Notes: generated from the letters alone by a model not told the origin. 64,000 nt of DNA from Candidatus Kapaibacterium sp. (GCA_044350705.1 JBILHA010000001.1:49809-113808), one strand, 5' to 3'. Numbered from the stretch's first letter, positions 17,241 to 27,505 are shown. Program-made: numbers and translations.

Positions 17241-17855
17241 TTGCATCCGTACCATACGGGGCATATGGATTCTGGAGGCCAATTTGAGCGACTCATTCGT
17301 TTAGTACAAGATACCGGCGAGCGCGTAGTAGTTTCCTTAGGATTAGGAAAGGATCCGGTGGTGCTTCTTCCGCTTTCTACCTACGAAAAGCTTGTACAAG
17401 ACAAGGAAAAGGGAGAAAAGAGGGAGGAACGTGCCTTCGTTGCTCCTGTGTCTCAGCCGTCTGCACCTTCTTCCTCTCCCCCCTCTTTTTCGCTTCCCCC
17501 TCTTTCTCAGCATCTTTCGGCGGGTCCTCGAACCTCATATCGTGCTCCTGATCTTTCCCCAGAAGACTTTTCTCATGAACCTGCTGACGTATGGGATGGA
17601 GAAGGGGGAGGGGATTATGACGCAGAGCGTATTTTTGCTTCTGCAGCTGTTCAGAATGGTTTTAAGCCTCCTTCTTCCTCTTCAGAGGCGGTTCACCCCA
17701 CTCCAAATCGACTTCAGGCATCTATTTCTCGTGCATCTGCAGCGTATGGAAGGCTTCAACAAGAAGGGTGGCGCGTGGGAAATGGGGGGCAGAGATTGCC
17801 TATTCAGGGTGGCGCACTGAAGGATGAGGAGCGTTTCTCGCTTGGCATGGGATAG
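17241..17855 (+). CDS. hypothetical protein, N-terminal Phd/YefM-like fold?, Pro/Ser/Gly-rich disordered tail
   Basis: QFERLIRLVQDTGERVVVSLGLGKDPVVLLPLSTYEKL resembles the antitoxin Phd/YefM pattern. The rest is low complexity. Inserted between fusA and tuf. Confidence 0.45.
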   Translation: MHPYHTGHMDSGGQFERLIRLVQDTGERVVVSLGLGKDPVVLLPLSTYEKLVQDKEKGEKREERAFVAPVSQPSAPSSSPPSFSLPPLSQHLSAGPRTSYRAPDLSPEDFSHEPADVWDGEGGGDYDAERIFASAAVQNGFKPPSSSSEAVHPTPNRLQASISRASAAYGRLQQEGWRVGNGGQRLPIQGGALKDEERFSLGMG

Positions 17856-17965
17856 GTTTCTTGCACTTTTTTTTGACTTCTGTTACAATTTTGCGGCAAT
17901 TATTTTTAACTTTCCTTTGTCATTCTTTTGCTCTTTGAGTGACAAAGGGTGTCAAATTTCGTCTT

Positions 17966-19159
17966 ATGGCAGAAGCATTTGTACGTGCAAAGCCGCACGT
18001 AAACGTGGGTACCATTGGTCACGTTGACCACGGTAAGACCACCACGACTGCAGCTCTTACCGCAGTATCCGCAGCACGCGGTCTTGGTAAGGTTAAGTCC
18101 TACGCAGATATTGCGAAGGGTGGAACGGTTCGTGATGCATCTAAGATCGTTACCATTTCTACTTCTCACGTAGAATACTCTTCTGATAAGCGTCACTACG
18201 CTCACGTTGACTGTCCAGGTCATGCTGACTACGTAAAGAACATGATCACCGGTGCTGCTCAGATGGATGCAGCTATCTTGGTTGTTTCTGCTGCTGACGG
18301 TCCAATGCCTCAGACGCGTGAACACATTCTTCTTGCTCGTCAGGTTGGTGTTCCTTACATCGTTGTTTTCCTTAACAAGGTTGACCTTGTTGACGATCCA
18401 GAGCTTTTGGACCTCGTTGAACAGGAAATCCGTGATCTTTTGAACAAGTATAAGTTCCCTGGAGATACCACCCCAATTGTTCGTGGTTCTGCTTCCAAGG
18501 CTCTTGAAAACCCTGGAGATGCTGAAGCTTCCAAGTGTATCGTTGATCTTATCAACGCTCTTGATGAATACGTTCCAGATCCAGTTCGTGAAACCGACAA
18601 GCCATTCCTTATGGCTGTTGAAGATGTCTTCTCTATTGAAGGCCGTGGTACCGTTGCAACCGGTCGTATCGAACGTGGTCAGGTAAAGATCAACGATGAA
18701 GTTGAAATCGTTGGTATCCGCGATACCCAGAAGGTTGTCGTTACGGGTATTGAAATGTTTAACAAGTCTCTTGATTCCGGTATGGCGGGAGACAACGCAG
18801 GTATTCTTCTTCGTGGTATCAAGAAGACGGATATCGAGCGTGGTCAGGTACTTGCAAAGCCAGGTTCCGTTACTCCTCATACCAAGTTTGAGGCTGAAAT
18901 TTACGCTTTGACCAAGGAAGAGGGTGGACGTCACAAGCCATTCTTTAAGGGTTACAAGCCTCAGTTCTACATCCGTACTACGGACGTAACTGGTGAAATT
19001 ACCCTTCCAGAAGGAACCGAAATGGTTATGCCTGGAGACACTGTTAACGCGGTTGTTACCCTTACCAGCACCGCAGCACTTGAAGAAAAGACCCGCTTCG
19101 CTATCCGTGAAGGTGGCCGCACTGTTGGTGCAGGTGTTGTAGTAAAAATTATTGAGTAA
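17966..19159 (+). CDS. tuf: elongation factor Tu
   Basis: [30 protein letters not shown]. Confidence 0.97.
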   Translation: MAEAFVRAKPHVNVGTIGHVDHGKTTTTAALTAVSAARGLGKVKSYADIAKGGTVRDASKIVTISTSHVEYSSDKRHYAHVDCPGHADYVKNMITGAAQMDAAILVVSAADGPMPQTREHILLARQVGVPYIVVFLNKVDLVDDPELLDLVEQEIRDLLNKYKFPGDTTPIVRGSASKALENPGDAEASKCIVDLINALDEYVPDPVRETDKPFLMAVEDVFSIEGRGTVATGRIERGQVKINDEVEIVGIRDTQKVVVTGIEMFNKSLDSGMAGDNAGILLRGIKKTDIERGQVLAKPGSVTPHTKFEAEIYALTKEEGGRHKPFFKGYKPQFYIRTTDVTGEITLPEGTEMVMPGDTVNAVVTLTSTAALEEKTRFAIREGGRTVGAGVVVKIIE

Positions 19160-19222
19160 TGGAAAAGGAAGAGGATCGTGCTCTTTGCACCTCCTCTTCT
19201 TTCCCTTTCGTACCTTCTTTCT

Positions 19223-19564
19223 ATGTCCGACACTTCTAAAGCGCAGAAACACGAAGAAAAAGAGCAGCGCATTCGCATTAAGATCCGTGCATACGATTAC
19301 AAGTTGATCGATGCAGCAACCGTAACGATCATTAATACCGCGAAGCGCAGTGGCGCATCAGTTATTGGTCCCGTACCACTTCCTACCGAGATTCGCCGCT
19401 ATACCGTGAACCGCTCAACGTTCATCGATAAGAAATCTCGTGATCAGTACGAGATGCGTGTCCATAAGCGCATTATCGATATCGTGAACCCAACCGAGCG
19501 TACGATTGATTCTCTTATGAGCCTCAATCTTCCCGCAGGTGTGGACGTGGAAATTAAGATGTAA
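19223..19564 (+). CDS. rpsJ: 30S ribosomal protein S10
   Basis: [16 protein letters not shown] ... typical S10. The GTG at 19178 preceded by AAGGAAGAGGA is an alternative start that would add 15 hydrophobic residues. Confidence 0.85.
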   Translation: MSDTSKAQKHEEKEQRIRIKIRAYDYKLIDAATVTIINTAKRSGASVIGPVPLPTEIRRYTVNRSTFIDKKSRDQYEMRVHKRIIDIVNPTERTIDSLMSLNLPAGVDVEIKM

Positions 19565-19833
19565 TCATCGCGTAAGTCCTTGCGGGCTTGCGCATAGTCG
19601 AAGAGATATTCTTCTCTTCTCCTGTGCGCAGTTCCGCACTGCAGTTCCTATGACGAACCAGAAAGAAAGATTCCACTTTGGAAAAACCTCTCTGCGCTTC
19701 GCACGGAATTCCTCCTGAACAATAAAGCTTGCATTCCATACCATCTTTTCATTATCCCATTGCGTATCTTCACGTTTTGTAAAGATATCTTTGGCGTAGT
19801 TCTGTATACATTTTGTATACATGTGATGGGCTG

Positions 19834-19857
19834 GAAGCGAATGCTTCCTGCTTTTTG
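19834..19857 (+). terminator. hairpin + T-run about 55 nt upstream of rplC (terminator or L4-type attenuator candidate)
   Basis: ggaagc-gaat-gcttcc followed by tgcttttt. Confidence 0.45.
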
Positions 19858-19910
19858 TTCTTACTAAGACTTGATCGTTCCTCTGCGCCATGCGTAAGAA
19901 CGGAGAAAAT

Positions 19911-20531
19911 ATGAAGTATCTTTTGGGAAAAAAGATGCACATGGGCCAGCTCTTTAAAGAGAATGGCAGCATTGTGCCGGTGACATACGTGGAGGTATTG
20001 CCATGTACGGTTGCTGCGATCAAAAAAGATTTGCAGGGTCGTGCAGTTGCTGTTCTTGGTACGGGTGAGGGAAAGAACCTCAATCGTGCGCAAGAAAAGC
20101 AGTTTGCAAACATGGGTCCTTTCGCACGAACCGAGCAGGTTCGCATTGAGGAGGGTTCTGTAGAAGTAGGTACTGTTTTTACCGCAGAAGCATTTGCTCC
20201 TGGTGAAATGGTGAATGCGGTGGGTGTTACGAAGGGTCGTGGTTTCCAGGGTGTCGTTAAGCGCCATGGATTCGGAGGTCATCCGACTACTCACGGTCAC
20301 AAAGATCAGGTTCGTAAGTCCGGTTCCATCGGTGCGGGTGGTATCCAGCGCGTCTTCAAAGGTATGCGTATGGCCGGCCGCATGGGTGGAGATCAGGTTA
20401 CGATCAAGAATTTGGAAGTTATTTCGGTAGATGTAGAAAAGAATCTTGTTGCAGTTAAAGGAGCGCTTCCAGGCGCACGCGGCACGGAAGTGACGTTAAT
20501 GGGTACTGATGGAAACGTATGGCGCAAGTAA
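19911..20531 (+). CDS. rplC: 50S ribosomal protein L3
   Basis: GGAG Shine-Dalgarno then MKYLLGKKMHMGQLF. Confidence 0.93.
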   Translation: MKYLLGKKMHMGQLFKENGSIVPVTYVEVLPCTVAAIKKDLQGRAVAVLGTGEGKNLNRAQEKQFANMGPFARTEQVRIEEGSVEVGTVFTAEAFAPGEMVNAVGVTKGRGFQGVVKRHGFGGHPTTHGHKDQVRKSGSIGAGGIQRVFKGMRMAGRMGGDQVTIKNLEVISVDVEKNLVAVKGALPGARGTEVTLMGTDGNVWRK

Positions 20532-21151
20532 AACTCTATACTTGGCAGGGTGCAGACGCGGGAATGCTTGAGCTTCCTAGCAGTTTGTTCGCGGTTGCAG
20601 TAAAGCCAGCTGTTGTGCACGAGGTTATCGTTGCGCAAGAGGCAAACAGCCGCGTTGTCAGTGCTCACACGAAGGATCGCTCTGAAGTTTCTGGTGGTGG
20701 TAAAAAGCCATGGAAGCAGAAGGGAACAGGTCGTGCTCGTCATGGATCCACTCGTTCTCCTATCTGGGTAGGGGGTGGTGTCGCACATGGTCCTCAGGCA
20801 GATCGTAATTTCTCAAAGAAGGTAAACAAGAAGATGAAGCGCGTAGCTATTGCAATGCTTCTCTCGGATCGTGTTGCCGCTGATGCATTCATTGCGGTGG
20901 ACACCCTTGTTCTTCCTGAAGCAAAGACGAAACTCGTCGCTTCTCTGCGTAAGGCTCTTCCTTGTGCTGAGAAGAATGCGCTCGTTATTCTTGGTTCTTC
21001 TGAACAGGCAATGCAGCGTGCAATTCGCAATCTTGCGAATACCCAAGCAATTGGTGCACGCAGCGTAAATCCTCGTGATCTTGCAAAATTTGGTGCAGTT
21101 ATTGCATCGAAGGCTGCTATTGCTGAAATGGAAGAGACGTTTACCGGCTAA
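20519..21151 (+). CDS. rplD: 50S ribosomal protein L4
   Basis: GGGKKPWKQKGTGRAR motif. Overlaps the rplC stop. Confidence 0.93.
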   Translation: MAQVKLYTWQGADAGMLELPSSLFAVAVKPAVVHEVIVAQEANSRVVSAHTKDRSEVSGGGKKPWKQKGTGRARHGSTRSPIWVGGGVAHGPQADRNFSKKVNKKMKRVAIAMLLSDRVAADAFIAVDTLVLPEAKTKLVASLRKALPCAEKNALVILGSSEQAMQRAIRNLANTQAIGARSVNPRDLAKFGAVIASKAAIAEMEETFTG

Positions 21152-21157
21152 TGTCTT

Positions 21158-21511
21158 ATGCCCGCAACGAAAAAAACTACAAAAAAAGTTGAGCAGGAAG
21201 TAAAGCGCTCTACGAAAGCTCTTTCAGAGCTTGCACGTACGGTTGCTCTTTCTCCTCTCATGACCGAGAAGGCCGCTCATCTTTCCGGATCCTCTGTGTA
21301 CGCATTCCGTGTTGCAGTTGATGCAAACCGTGTTGCCGTGCGACAGGCGTTTAAAGAAATGTATGGCATTTTGCCTACTCGTGTGAATATTGTGCGTGTA
21401 CATGGGAAAGAAAAGCGCTTTGGCCGTACTCTTTCTCGTCAGTCTGACTGGAAGAAGGCATATGTTGCCATTCCTTCCGGCACTACTCTTGATCTCTTTG
21501 CCACGGCCTAA
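21158..21511 (+). CDS. rplW: 50S ribosomal protein L23
   Basis: L23 core with Lys-rich N-extension. Operon position. Confidence 0.85.
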   Translation: MPATKKTTKKVEQEVKRSTKALSELARTVALSPLMTEKAAHLSGSSVYAFRVAVDANRVAVRQAFKEMYGILPTRVNIVRVHGKEKRFGRTLSRQSDWKKAYVAIPSGTTLDLFATA

Positions 21512-21519
21512 CATTATCT

Positions 21520-22371
21520 ATGCCGACGAAAATTTATAAACCAACATCTGCCGGCCGCCGCAATTCTAGCGTGCAGCTGTTTACTGATGTTACGGCAAAG
21601 ACTCCTTACAAAAAGCTTGTTGTGGCGCAGAAGCAGCAGGCTGGACGTGGTGCAGGTGGAAAAATCACCGTGCGTCATCGTGGAGGTGGAGCTCGCCGCC
21701 ATATTCGTGTGATTGACTGGAAGATGGATAAACTCTCCGTTCCAGGAAAAGTACAGACGATCGAATATGATCCAAATCGTGGTGCGCGTATTGCTCTTAT
21801 TGCATACGCTGACGGCGAAAAGCGCTACGTTCTTGCGGCGCATGGATTGCAGGTAGGCTCTACGATTGTTTCTTCTCAGGAGCGTGGTGAGCCAAATGCA
21901 GGAAGTCGTTTCCCGCTTGAAAAAATTCCTGTAGGTATGGAGGTGTTCAATATTGAACTCCAGCCAGGACAGGGAGGAAAGGTAGTGCGTGGTGCAGGCG
22001 CTTCCGCAATGCTTCTTGCAGTGGAAGGTGACTATGCAACGCTGAAGATGCCATCTGGTGAAGTGCGCATGGTGCCCAAGGCATGCATGGCGACTATCGG
22101 ACGTGTTTCTAACCCTGATTGGAATCAAGTACGTTGGGGTAAGGCAGGTCGTATGCGTCATAAGAGTATTCGTCCAACCGTGCGTGGTAAGGCGATGAAC
22201 CCGGTTGATCACCCACACGGAGGTGGTGAAGGTCGTAACGCAATTGGTCTCAAGTATGCAAAGACTCCACAAGGTAAGCATGCTCACGGCGTGAAGACGC
22301 GTTTGTCCAAGAAGCCTTCTAATAAATTCATCGTTCGCCGCCGCAACCATGATAAGGGCCGCACTGCATAA
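21520..22371 (+). CDS. rplB: 50S ribosomal protein L2
   Basis: MNPVDHPHGGGEG motif. Confidence 0.95.
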   Translation: MPTKIYKPTSAGRRNSSVQLFTDVTAKTPYKKLVVAQKQQAGRGAGGKITVRHRGGGARRHIRVIDWKMDKLSVPGKVQTIEYDPNRGARIALIAYADGEKRYVLAAHGLQVGSTIVSSQERGEPNAGSRFPLEKIPVGMEVFNIELQPGQGGKVVRGAGASAMLLAVEGDYATLKMPSGEVRMVPKACMATIGRVSNPDWNQVRWGKAGRMRHKSIRPTVRGKAMNPVDHPHGGGEGRNAIGLKYAKTPQGKHAHGVKTRLSKKPSNKFIVRRRNHDKGRTA

Positions 22372-22377
22372 AGATCT

Positions 22378-22686
22378 ATGACTCGTAGTTTAAAAAAGGG
22401 GCCATTCATTGCTCCTCATCTTGCAAAGAAAGTTGCAAAGCTCCGCCCAGGTGACAAAACGGTGGTCAAGACGTGGTCTCGCGCCTCTTCTATCACTCCA
22501 GCAATGGTTGGATTCACCTTCGCGGTACATAACGGAAAGGATTTCATCCAAGTACGTGTTGTTGAAAATATGGTTGGACACAAGCTCGGTGAGTTTGCTC
22601 CAACGCGTAAATTTGTTCGTCACGCCGGTAAGACCGCTGCAGCTGCAGCTCCTGCCGCAGCAGCAACAAATAAGGTAAGTCGCTAA
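22378..22686 (+). CDS. rpsS: 30S ribosomal protein S19
   Basis: [10 protein letters not shown] ... Ala-rich C-terminal tail. Confidence 0.93.
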   Translation: MTRSLKKGPFIAPHLAKKVAKLRPGDKTVVKTWSRASSITPAMVGFTFAVHNGKDFIQVRVVENMVGHKLGEFAPTRKFVRHAGKTAAAAAPAAAATNKVSR

Positions 22687-22696
22687 TTCATCTTCT

Positions 22697-23047
22697 ATGG
22701 AAGCTATTGCTAAGGCAAAACACATCCGCATCGCTCCACGCAAGACTCGTCTTGTCGTGGGATTGATCCGCGGACTTGCGATCTCAGAAGCTCGCAAGCA
22801 ACTTCTTCTTTCCAAGAAGGCGGCGGCTAAGCCAGTGCTCAAAGCACTTGATTCTGCTGTTGCAAACGCTGAACACAATTTGAAGCTTGATGCTTCTTCA
22901 TTCGTGGTTACGCGTGCGCAGGTTGACGAAGGTATTAAGATTAAGCGTTTCACTCCTCGTGCGCAGGGTCGGGCAACTCCGATTCGTTTGCGCAGCTCCC
23001 ACATCACGATTGGTGTAGGTCCGAAGACGGTGAAAGCGAAGAAATAA
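22697..23047 (+). CDS. rplV: 50S ribosomal protein L22
   Basis: Typical L22; operon position. Confidence 0.9.
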   Translation: MEAIAKAKHIRIAPRKTRLVVGLIRGLAISEARKQLLLSKKAAAKPVLKALDSAVANAEHNLKLDASSFVVTRAQVDEGIKIKRFTPRAQGRATPIRLRSSHITIGVGPKTVKAKK

Positions 23048-23057
23048 GCAAATTCCT

Positions 23058-23810
23058 ATGGGTCACAAAGTCCATCCAAAAGTATTTCGCTTGAACACCG
23101 TCTTCACTTGGGATTCCAAGTGGTTTGCGCGCGGACGTCAGTTCGTCACGCAACTTCAAGAGGATGTTGAGCTCCGCGCATTTCTTCGAAAGGCGCTTAA
23201 AGATGCGGGTTTGAACGATATCGCTATCGAACGAACTCCTAAGCACGTTACGATTACGCTTCGCGCTGCAAAGCCTGGTGTCATCATTGGTCGTCAGGGT
23301 GCGGGTATCGAAGATCTCAAGAAAAAGCTTATGCTTACCTTCTACCGAGGTCGTCGCGTTACCCTCAATCTCAACGTACAAGAGGTTGCAAATCCTGCTC
23401 TTGCTGCATCGGTAGTCGGTCAGCAGATTGCTCAGGATCTTGAAAAGCGCATGCCATTCCGTCGCTCCATGAAGATGACGATTGAGCGTGTGATGAAGGC
23501 TGGGGCAAAGGGTGTGAAAATCACCGTTTCCGGTCGTCTCAACGGTGCGGAAATTGCTCGTACCGAAACTCTTTCACAGGGAAGTATTCCTCTCCATAAC
23601 CTTCGTGCTGATATCGATTTTGCACGTGAACGTGCAAATACGGTGTACGGCGTGATCGGTATTAAAGTATGGATCTATCGTGGTGATGTTTTTGAAGGAG
23701 AACAGCGCACGGAACCTGCAGCGCAATCCGCAGAGCAGGGTGGACGAGATCGTCATGGTGATCGCCGTGGTGGTCGTCGATCCGGAGGAGCTTCTTCATT
23801 CCGCAAATAA
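23058..23810 (+). CDS. rpsC: 30S ribosomal protein S3
   Basis: KH domain. RG-rich C-terminal tail GGRDRHGDRRGGRRSGG. Confidence 0.93.
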   Translation: MGHKVHPKVFRLNTVFTWDSKWFARGRQFVTQLQEDVELRAFLRKALKDAGLNDIAIERTPKHVTITLRAAKPGVIIGRQGAGIEDLKKKLMLTFYRGRRVTLNLNVQEVANPALAASVVGQQIAQDLEKRMPFRRSMKMTIERVMKAGAKGVKITVSGRLNGAEIARTETLSQGSIPLHNLRADIDFARERANTVYGVIGIKVWIYRGDVFEGEQRTEPAAQSAEQGGRDRHGDRRGGRRSGGASSFRK

Positions 23811-23820
23811 CTGAAGCCTT

Positions 23821-24234
23821 ATGTTGATGCCTAAGAAAATGAAGCACCGCAAGTGGCATAAGCGCCATAAGCAGGGTGATCGCGTAGCTACGCAGAAGGT
23901 TGATGTCGCTTTTGGAACGTATGGCTTGAAGGCCATTACTGAAGCATGGGTTACTGCTCGCCAGATTGAGGCAGCTCGCCGTGCAATGACTCGTTCCATT
24001 AAGCGTGGCGGAAAAATCTGGATTCGTATTTTCCCTGATCATCCCGTTACTAACCACGGCGCTGAAGCTCCGATGGGTAAAGGTAAGGGTGGCGTTGATT
24101 ACTTTATGACTCCTGTGCGTGCCGGAACCGTTATGTTCGAAATGGACGGTGTAACGGAAGAAGTCGCACGTGAAGCACTTCGTCTTGCGGCATATAAGTT
24201 GCCTATGAAGACGAAGATCATTGCTCGAACGTAA
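23821..24234 (+). CDS. rplP: 50S ribosomal protein L16
   Basis: [11 protein letters not shown] ... typical L16. Confidence 0.93.
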   Translation: MLMPKKMKHRKWHKRHKQGDRVATQKVDVAFGTYGLKAITEAWVTARQIEAARRAMTRSIKRGGKIWIRIFPDHPVTNHGAEAPMGKGKGGVDYFMTPVRAGTVMFEMDGVTEEVAREALRLAAYKLPMKTKIIART

Positions 24235-24235
24235 T

Positions 24236-24436
24236 ATGCGCTTTAAAGAATTACTCCAAAAAGATCTTTCCGAACTTCGCTCCATGCGTGGTGATCTCCA
24301 GGTCAAGCTTGAACAGCTTACCCGTCAGCTCACGGTGCGTGGCGTAAAGAACGTGCGTGAAATTCGCGTACTTCGAAAAGATATCGCTCGTATCGAGACG
24401 CGTATTACCGCGCTCTCAAGCGCATCTCGCGCATAA
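24236..24436 (+). CDS. rpmC: 50S ribosomal protein L29
   Basis: MRFKELLQKDLSELRSMRGDLQ ... Start 2 nt after the rplP stop. Confidence 0.85.
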   Translation: MRFKELLQKDLSELRSMRGDLQVKLEQLTRQLTVRGVKNVREIRVLRKDIARIETRITALSSASRA

Positions 24437-24442
24437 CCTTGT

Positions 24443-24703
24443 ATGACGACTAAGACTCAAGAAAAATCAACCACCCGCCGCCGCCTCAATGGTGTTGTCA
24501 CTTCTGCGAAGATGACTAAGACCGTATCGGTGCAGGTAGATCGCACGGTTCTCCATGCGAAATATCAGAAGCGCTACGCGGTGAGTAAGAAGTATCTTGC
24601 CCACAATGAACTCGAAGGAGTGCAGGTAGGGGATAAGGTGATTATTGAAGAGACCCGCCCACTTTCTGCGCAAAAGCGCTGGCGTGTGGTTGCGAAGGCC
24701 TAA
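24443..24703 (+). CDS. rpsQ: 30S ribosomal protein S17
   Basis: Typical S17. Confidence 0.9.
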   Translation: MTTKTQEKSTTRRRLNGVVTSAKMTKTVSVQVDRTVLHAKYQKRYAVSKKYLAHNELEGVQVGDKVIIEETRPLSAQKRWRVVAKA

Positions 24704-24712
24704 TAACAACCT

Positions 24713-25084
24713 ATGCTACAACATCGATCCATGATCGCGGTGGCTGATAACTCTGGCGCAAAAAAGCTCCAAGTTATCCGTGTCCACGGCGGCTATAAGA
24801 AACGCTATGCGCGTTTGGGGGATGTGGTGACCGCGGTCGTAAAAGAGGCTGCTCCCCACAATCCTGTGAAGAAAAGTGACGTGGTACATGTGGTAATTGT
24901 TCGTACGCGCAAGGAAACTCGCCGTGCTGACGGTTCCTACATTCGTTTCGACGAAAATGCTGGCGTCATTATTACGAAAAATACTAAGGATCCAAAAGGA
25001 ACGCGTATCTTTGGACCTATTGCTCGCGAAGTGCGTGCAGCAGGATTCAATAAGATCGTTTCTCTTGCTCCCGAAGTGCTCTAA
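24713..25084 (+). CDS. rplN: 50S ribosomal protein L14
   Basis: VADNSGAKK ... typical L14. Confidence 0.95.
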   Translation: MLQHRSMIAVADNSGAKKLQVIRVHGGYKKRYARLGDVVTAVVKEAAPHNPVKKSDVVHVVIVRTRKETRRADGSYIRFDENAGVIITKNTKDPKGTRIFGPIAREVRAAGFNKIVSLAPEVL

Positions 25085-25093
25085 GACTCCTTT

Positions 25094-25429
25094 ATGAACG
25101 CAAAGATGAAAATCAAGGTTGGCGATGTCGTGCGTGTCATGGTAGGACGCGCGAAAGAGCAAGGAGGCGATCGCGGTAAGGAGGGGAAGGTCATCCAAGT
25201 CTTCCCAGAACTCCGCACCGTCGTGGTAGAAGGTGTTCGCAGCCGCACGAAGCACGTGAAGGCTCGCGGAGAACAGAAAGGACAGAAGGTACAATTTTTC
25301 GCTCCCATTCCTGCAGCTAATGTTTCCCTCGTAGGAAAGAATGGCACCGGTCGAGTAGGATTTGAGCTGAAAGATGGCAAGAAGACGCGTGTGCTTCGTG
25401 CAAAGAAAAAGGTTGAACAGCTTGGCTAA
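25094..25429 (+). CDS. rplX: 50S ribosomal protein L24
   Basis: KIKVGDVVRVMVG KOW motif. Confidence 0.9.
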   Translation: MNAKMKIKVGDVVRVMVGRAKEQGGDRGKEGKVIQVFPELRTVVVEGVRSRTKHVKARGEQKGQKVQFFAPIPAANVSLVGKNGTGRVGFELKDGKKTRVLRAKKKVEQLG

Positions 25430-25432
25430 TGT

Positions 25433-25981
25433 ATGTCTATTCTCAAAGAAAAATTTCAGACTGGCGTTGCAGAGACCTTGCGTTCTACCTTTGGCCTCAA
25501 AAACGTGCATGAGACTCCTCGTATCCTCAAGGTCACTCTCAACGCACGTGTAGGTAAGGGACGTGACGCAAAATTTGCAGACATCATTGTTGATACCCTT
25601 CGTCGTATTACTGGTCAGCAGCCAGTAAAGACGACTGCCCGTAAATCCATCGCAGGTTTTAAAATCCGTGAAGGCATGGTGCTGGGTGCAAAGGTGACTT
25701 TGCGCGGCAATCAGATGTGGCACTTCCTTGATAAGCTCACCAACGTGGCATTTGCTCGTATCCGTGACTTCCGTGGAATTCCTGAATCTGCTGTTGATCG
25801 CGATGGTAATTTCAACTTCGGTTTTACCGAGCACACCGCTTTTCCTGAGGTGCGCCCAGACGAAGTAGAATCACTTCATGGTTTGCAGATTACGATCACG
25901 ACAAATGCAGGTTCTCATGAGCGTGGCCTCGCTTTGCTCAAGGGACTCGGGTTCCCCTTTGTTTCCAAGTCATCTAAGTAA
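25433..25981 (+). CDS. rplE: 50S ribosomal protein L5
   Basis: Typical L5. Confidence 0.93.
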   Translation: MSILKEKFQTGVAETLRSTFGLKNVHETPRILKVTLNARVGKGRDAKFADIIVDTLRRITGQQPVKTTARKSIAGFKIREGMVLGAKVTLRGNQMWHFLDKLTNVAFARIRDFRGIPESAVDRDGNFNFGFTEHTAFPEVRPDEVESLHGLQITITTNAGSHERGLALLKGLGFPFVSKSSK

Positions 25982-25984
25982 AGT

Positions 25985-26170
25985 ATGGCGACACAAAATC
26001 AAATTGCGAAGTCGCAAAAGACTCCAAAGTTTTCTACGCGTATTAACCTACGCTGCTGGAAATGTGGTCGTAAGCGTTTCTTCATGCGCAAATTCGGTCT
26101 CTGCCGTATCTGCTTCCGTGAGCTTGCAAACGTCGGTGAGATCCCTGGTATTCGTAAGGCTAGCTGGTAA
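25985..26170 (+). CDS. rpsN: 30S ribosomal protein S14, zinc-binding Z type (61 aa)
   Basis: CWKCGRK ... CRICFRE paired Cys motifs. Confidence 0.9.
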   Translation: MATQNQIAKSQKTPKFSTRINLRCWKCGRKRFFMRKFGLCRICFRELANVGEIPGIRKASW

Positions 26171-26175
26171 ATCCT

Positions 26176-26574
26176 ATGATGACCGATCCAATTTCCGACA
26201 TGCTCACTCGTGTGCGTAATGCTGCTATGGCACGTGCACACGTAGTGGAAATGCCAATGTCGAAGATGAAATTCGCTATTGCGAAAATCCTCGAATCTCG
26301 TGGGTATCTTACTGCCGTAGAAACCGTTACAGACAAGAATACTTCTCGCGAAGTACTGCGTCTTACGCTTGCTTACGCAGAAGGCATGCCTATTGTTTCT
26401 GACTTGAAGCGCATTAGTAAGCCAGGCCGACGCGTTTACATTAAGGCGGATGATCTTCGCCCTGTACGCTCAGGATATGGTGTTTCCATCGTCTCTACTC
26501 CAAATGGATTGATGACGGGAGATGATGCGCGCAAGCGCCGCCTTGGAGGTGAACTTATTTGCGAAGTCTACTAA
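26176..26574 (+). CDS. rpsH: 30S ribosomal protein S8
   Basis: MMTDPISDMLTRVRNA. Confidence 0.95.
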   Translation: MMTDPISDMLTRVRNAAMARAHVVEMPMSKMKFAIAKILESRGYLTAVETVTDKNTSREVLRLTLAYAEGMPIVSDLKRISKPGRRVYIKADDLRPVRSGYGVSIVSTPNGLMTGDDARKRRLGGELICEVY

Positions 26575-26583
26575 AAGAGTCTT

Positions 26584-27138
26584 ATGTCTCGTATTGGAAA
26601 AAAGCCGGTTGTCCTTCCACAGGGCATTACCGCAACGGTTGCGGACGCAGCCGTGACCGTGAAAGGTCCCAAGGGAGAGTTGACGCTTGCGGTGCATCCT
26701 CATGCACACGTCGTGCTTCGTGATGAAGAAGGGGTATCTGCACTTCATGTAAGCGTTGATGATCCTGAAAAGGATGATCGTGCAATCTGGGGTACGATGC
26801 GCGCCCTTTTAGCACAAATGGTAAGTGGTGTTTCTGAAGGTTTTCAAAAGTCACTTGAGCTCAACGGCGTTGGTTTCAAGATGAACCTTAATGGTAACAA
26901 GCTTACTTTCTCTGTTGGTTTCTCTCATGATATTACGTACGAACTTCCTGCGGGAGTTTCTGCAAAGATTGAGGGAAGCGTGCTTACTCTTGCGGGTGCT
27001 GATGCACAGGCGGTAGGACGTGTAGCGGCGGAGATCCGTGCATTTAAAAAGCCTGAACCTTATAAGGGCAAGGGATTCCGTTATACGGATGAAATTGTTC
27101 GTCGTAAGGCGGGTAAGGCTGCAAAGGGTGATAAATAA
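26584..27138 (+). CDS. rplF: 50S ribosomal protein L6
   Basis: MSRIGKKPV ... two-domain L6. Confidence 0.93.
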   Translation: MSRIGKKPVVLPQGITATVADAAVTVKGPKGELTLAVHPHAHVVLRDEEGVSALHVSVDDPEKDDRAIWGTMRALLAQMVSGVSEGFQKSLELNGVGFKMNLNGNKLTFSVGFSHDITYELPAGVSAKIEGSVLTLAGADAQAVGRVAAEIRAFKKPEPYKGKGFRYTDEIVRRKAGKAAKGDK

Positions 27139-27144
27139 TGTTTT

Positions 27145-27501
27145 ATGACGAAGAAAGAAATTCAAGCAAAGCGCGCTCGTTCAGAGCGTCGCGCAGCTCG
27201 TGTCCGCGCAGTTATTCGCGGCACTGCAGAACGCCCACGTTTGTCGGTGTTCCGTTCTCAAAAACATATTTCCGCCCAGGTTATTGATGACGTTGCAGGT
27301 CGCACCTTGGTTTCTGCACAGGATCTTAAACTTGAGAAGCTTTCTCCTTTGGAGCGCGCTCAGCAAGTGGGAAAGCTTGTTGCAGAGAGTGCAAAGAAAG
27401 CAGGCATTACGACGGTCGTTTTCGATCGTGGAGCATACTTGTTCCATGGTCGTGTAAAGGCGCTCGCAGAGGCTGCTCGTGAGGCTGGTCTTCAATTCTA
27501 A
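27145..27501 (+). CDS. rplR: 50S ribosomal protein L18
   Basis: Typical L18. Confidence 0.9.
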   Translation: MTKKEIQAKRARSERRAARVRAVIRGTAERPRLSVFRSQKHISAQVIDDVAGRTLVSAQDLKLEKLSPLERAQQVGKLVAESAKKAGITTVVFDRGAYLFHGRVKALAEAAREAGLQF

Positions 27502-27505
27502 TCCT

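Noticed and set aside
19178-19222. GTG start with strong AAGGAAGAGGA Shine-Dalgarno extending rpsJ by 15 residues
   Set aside because: The extension is hydrophobic ([14 protein letters not shown]), which is unlike S10. Kept as an alternative start only.
17906-19252. 448-aa minus-strand ORF
   Set aside because: Antisense to tuf.
21514-22350. 278-aa minus-strand ORF
   Set aside because: Antisense to rplB.
24716-25834. 372-aa minus-strand ORF
   Set aside because: Antisense to rplN-rplX-rplE.
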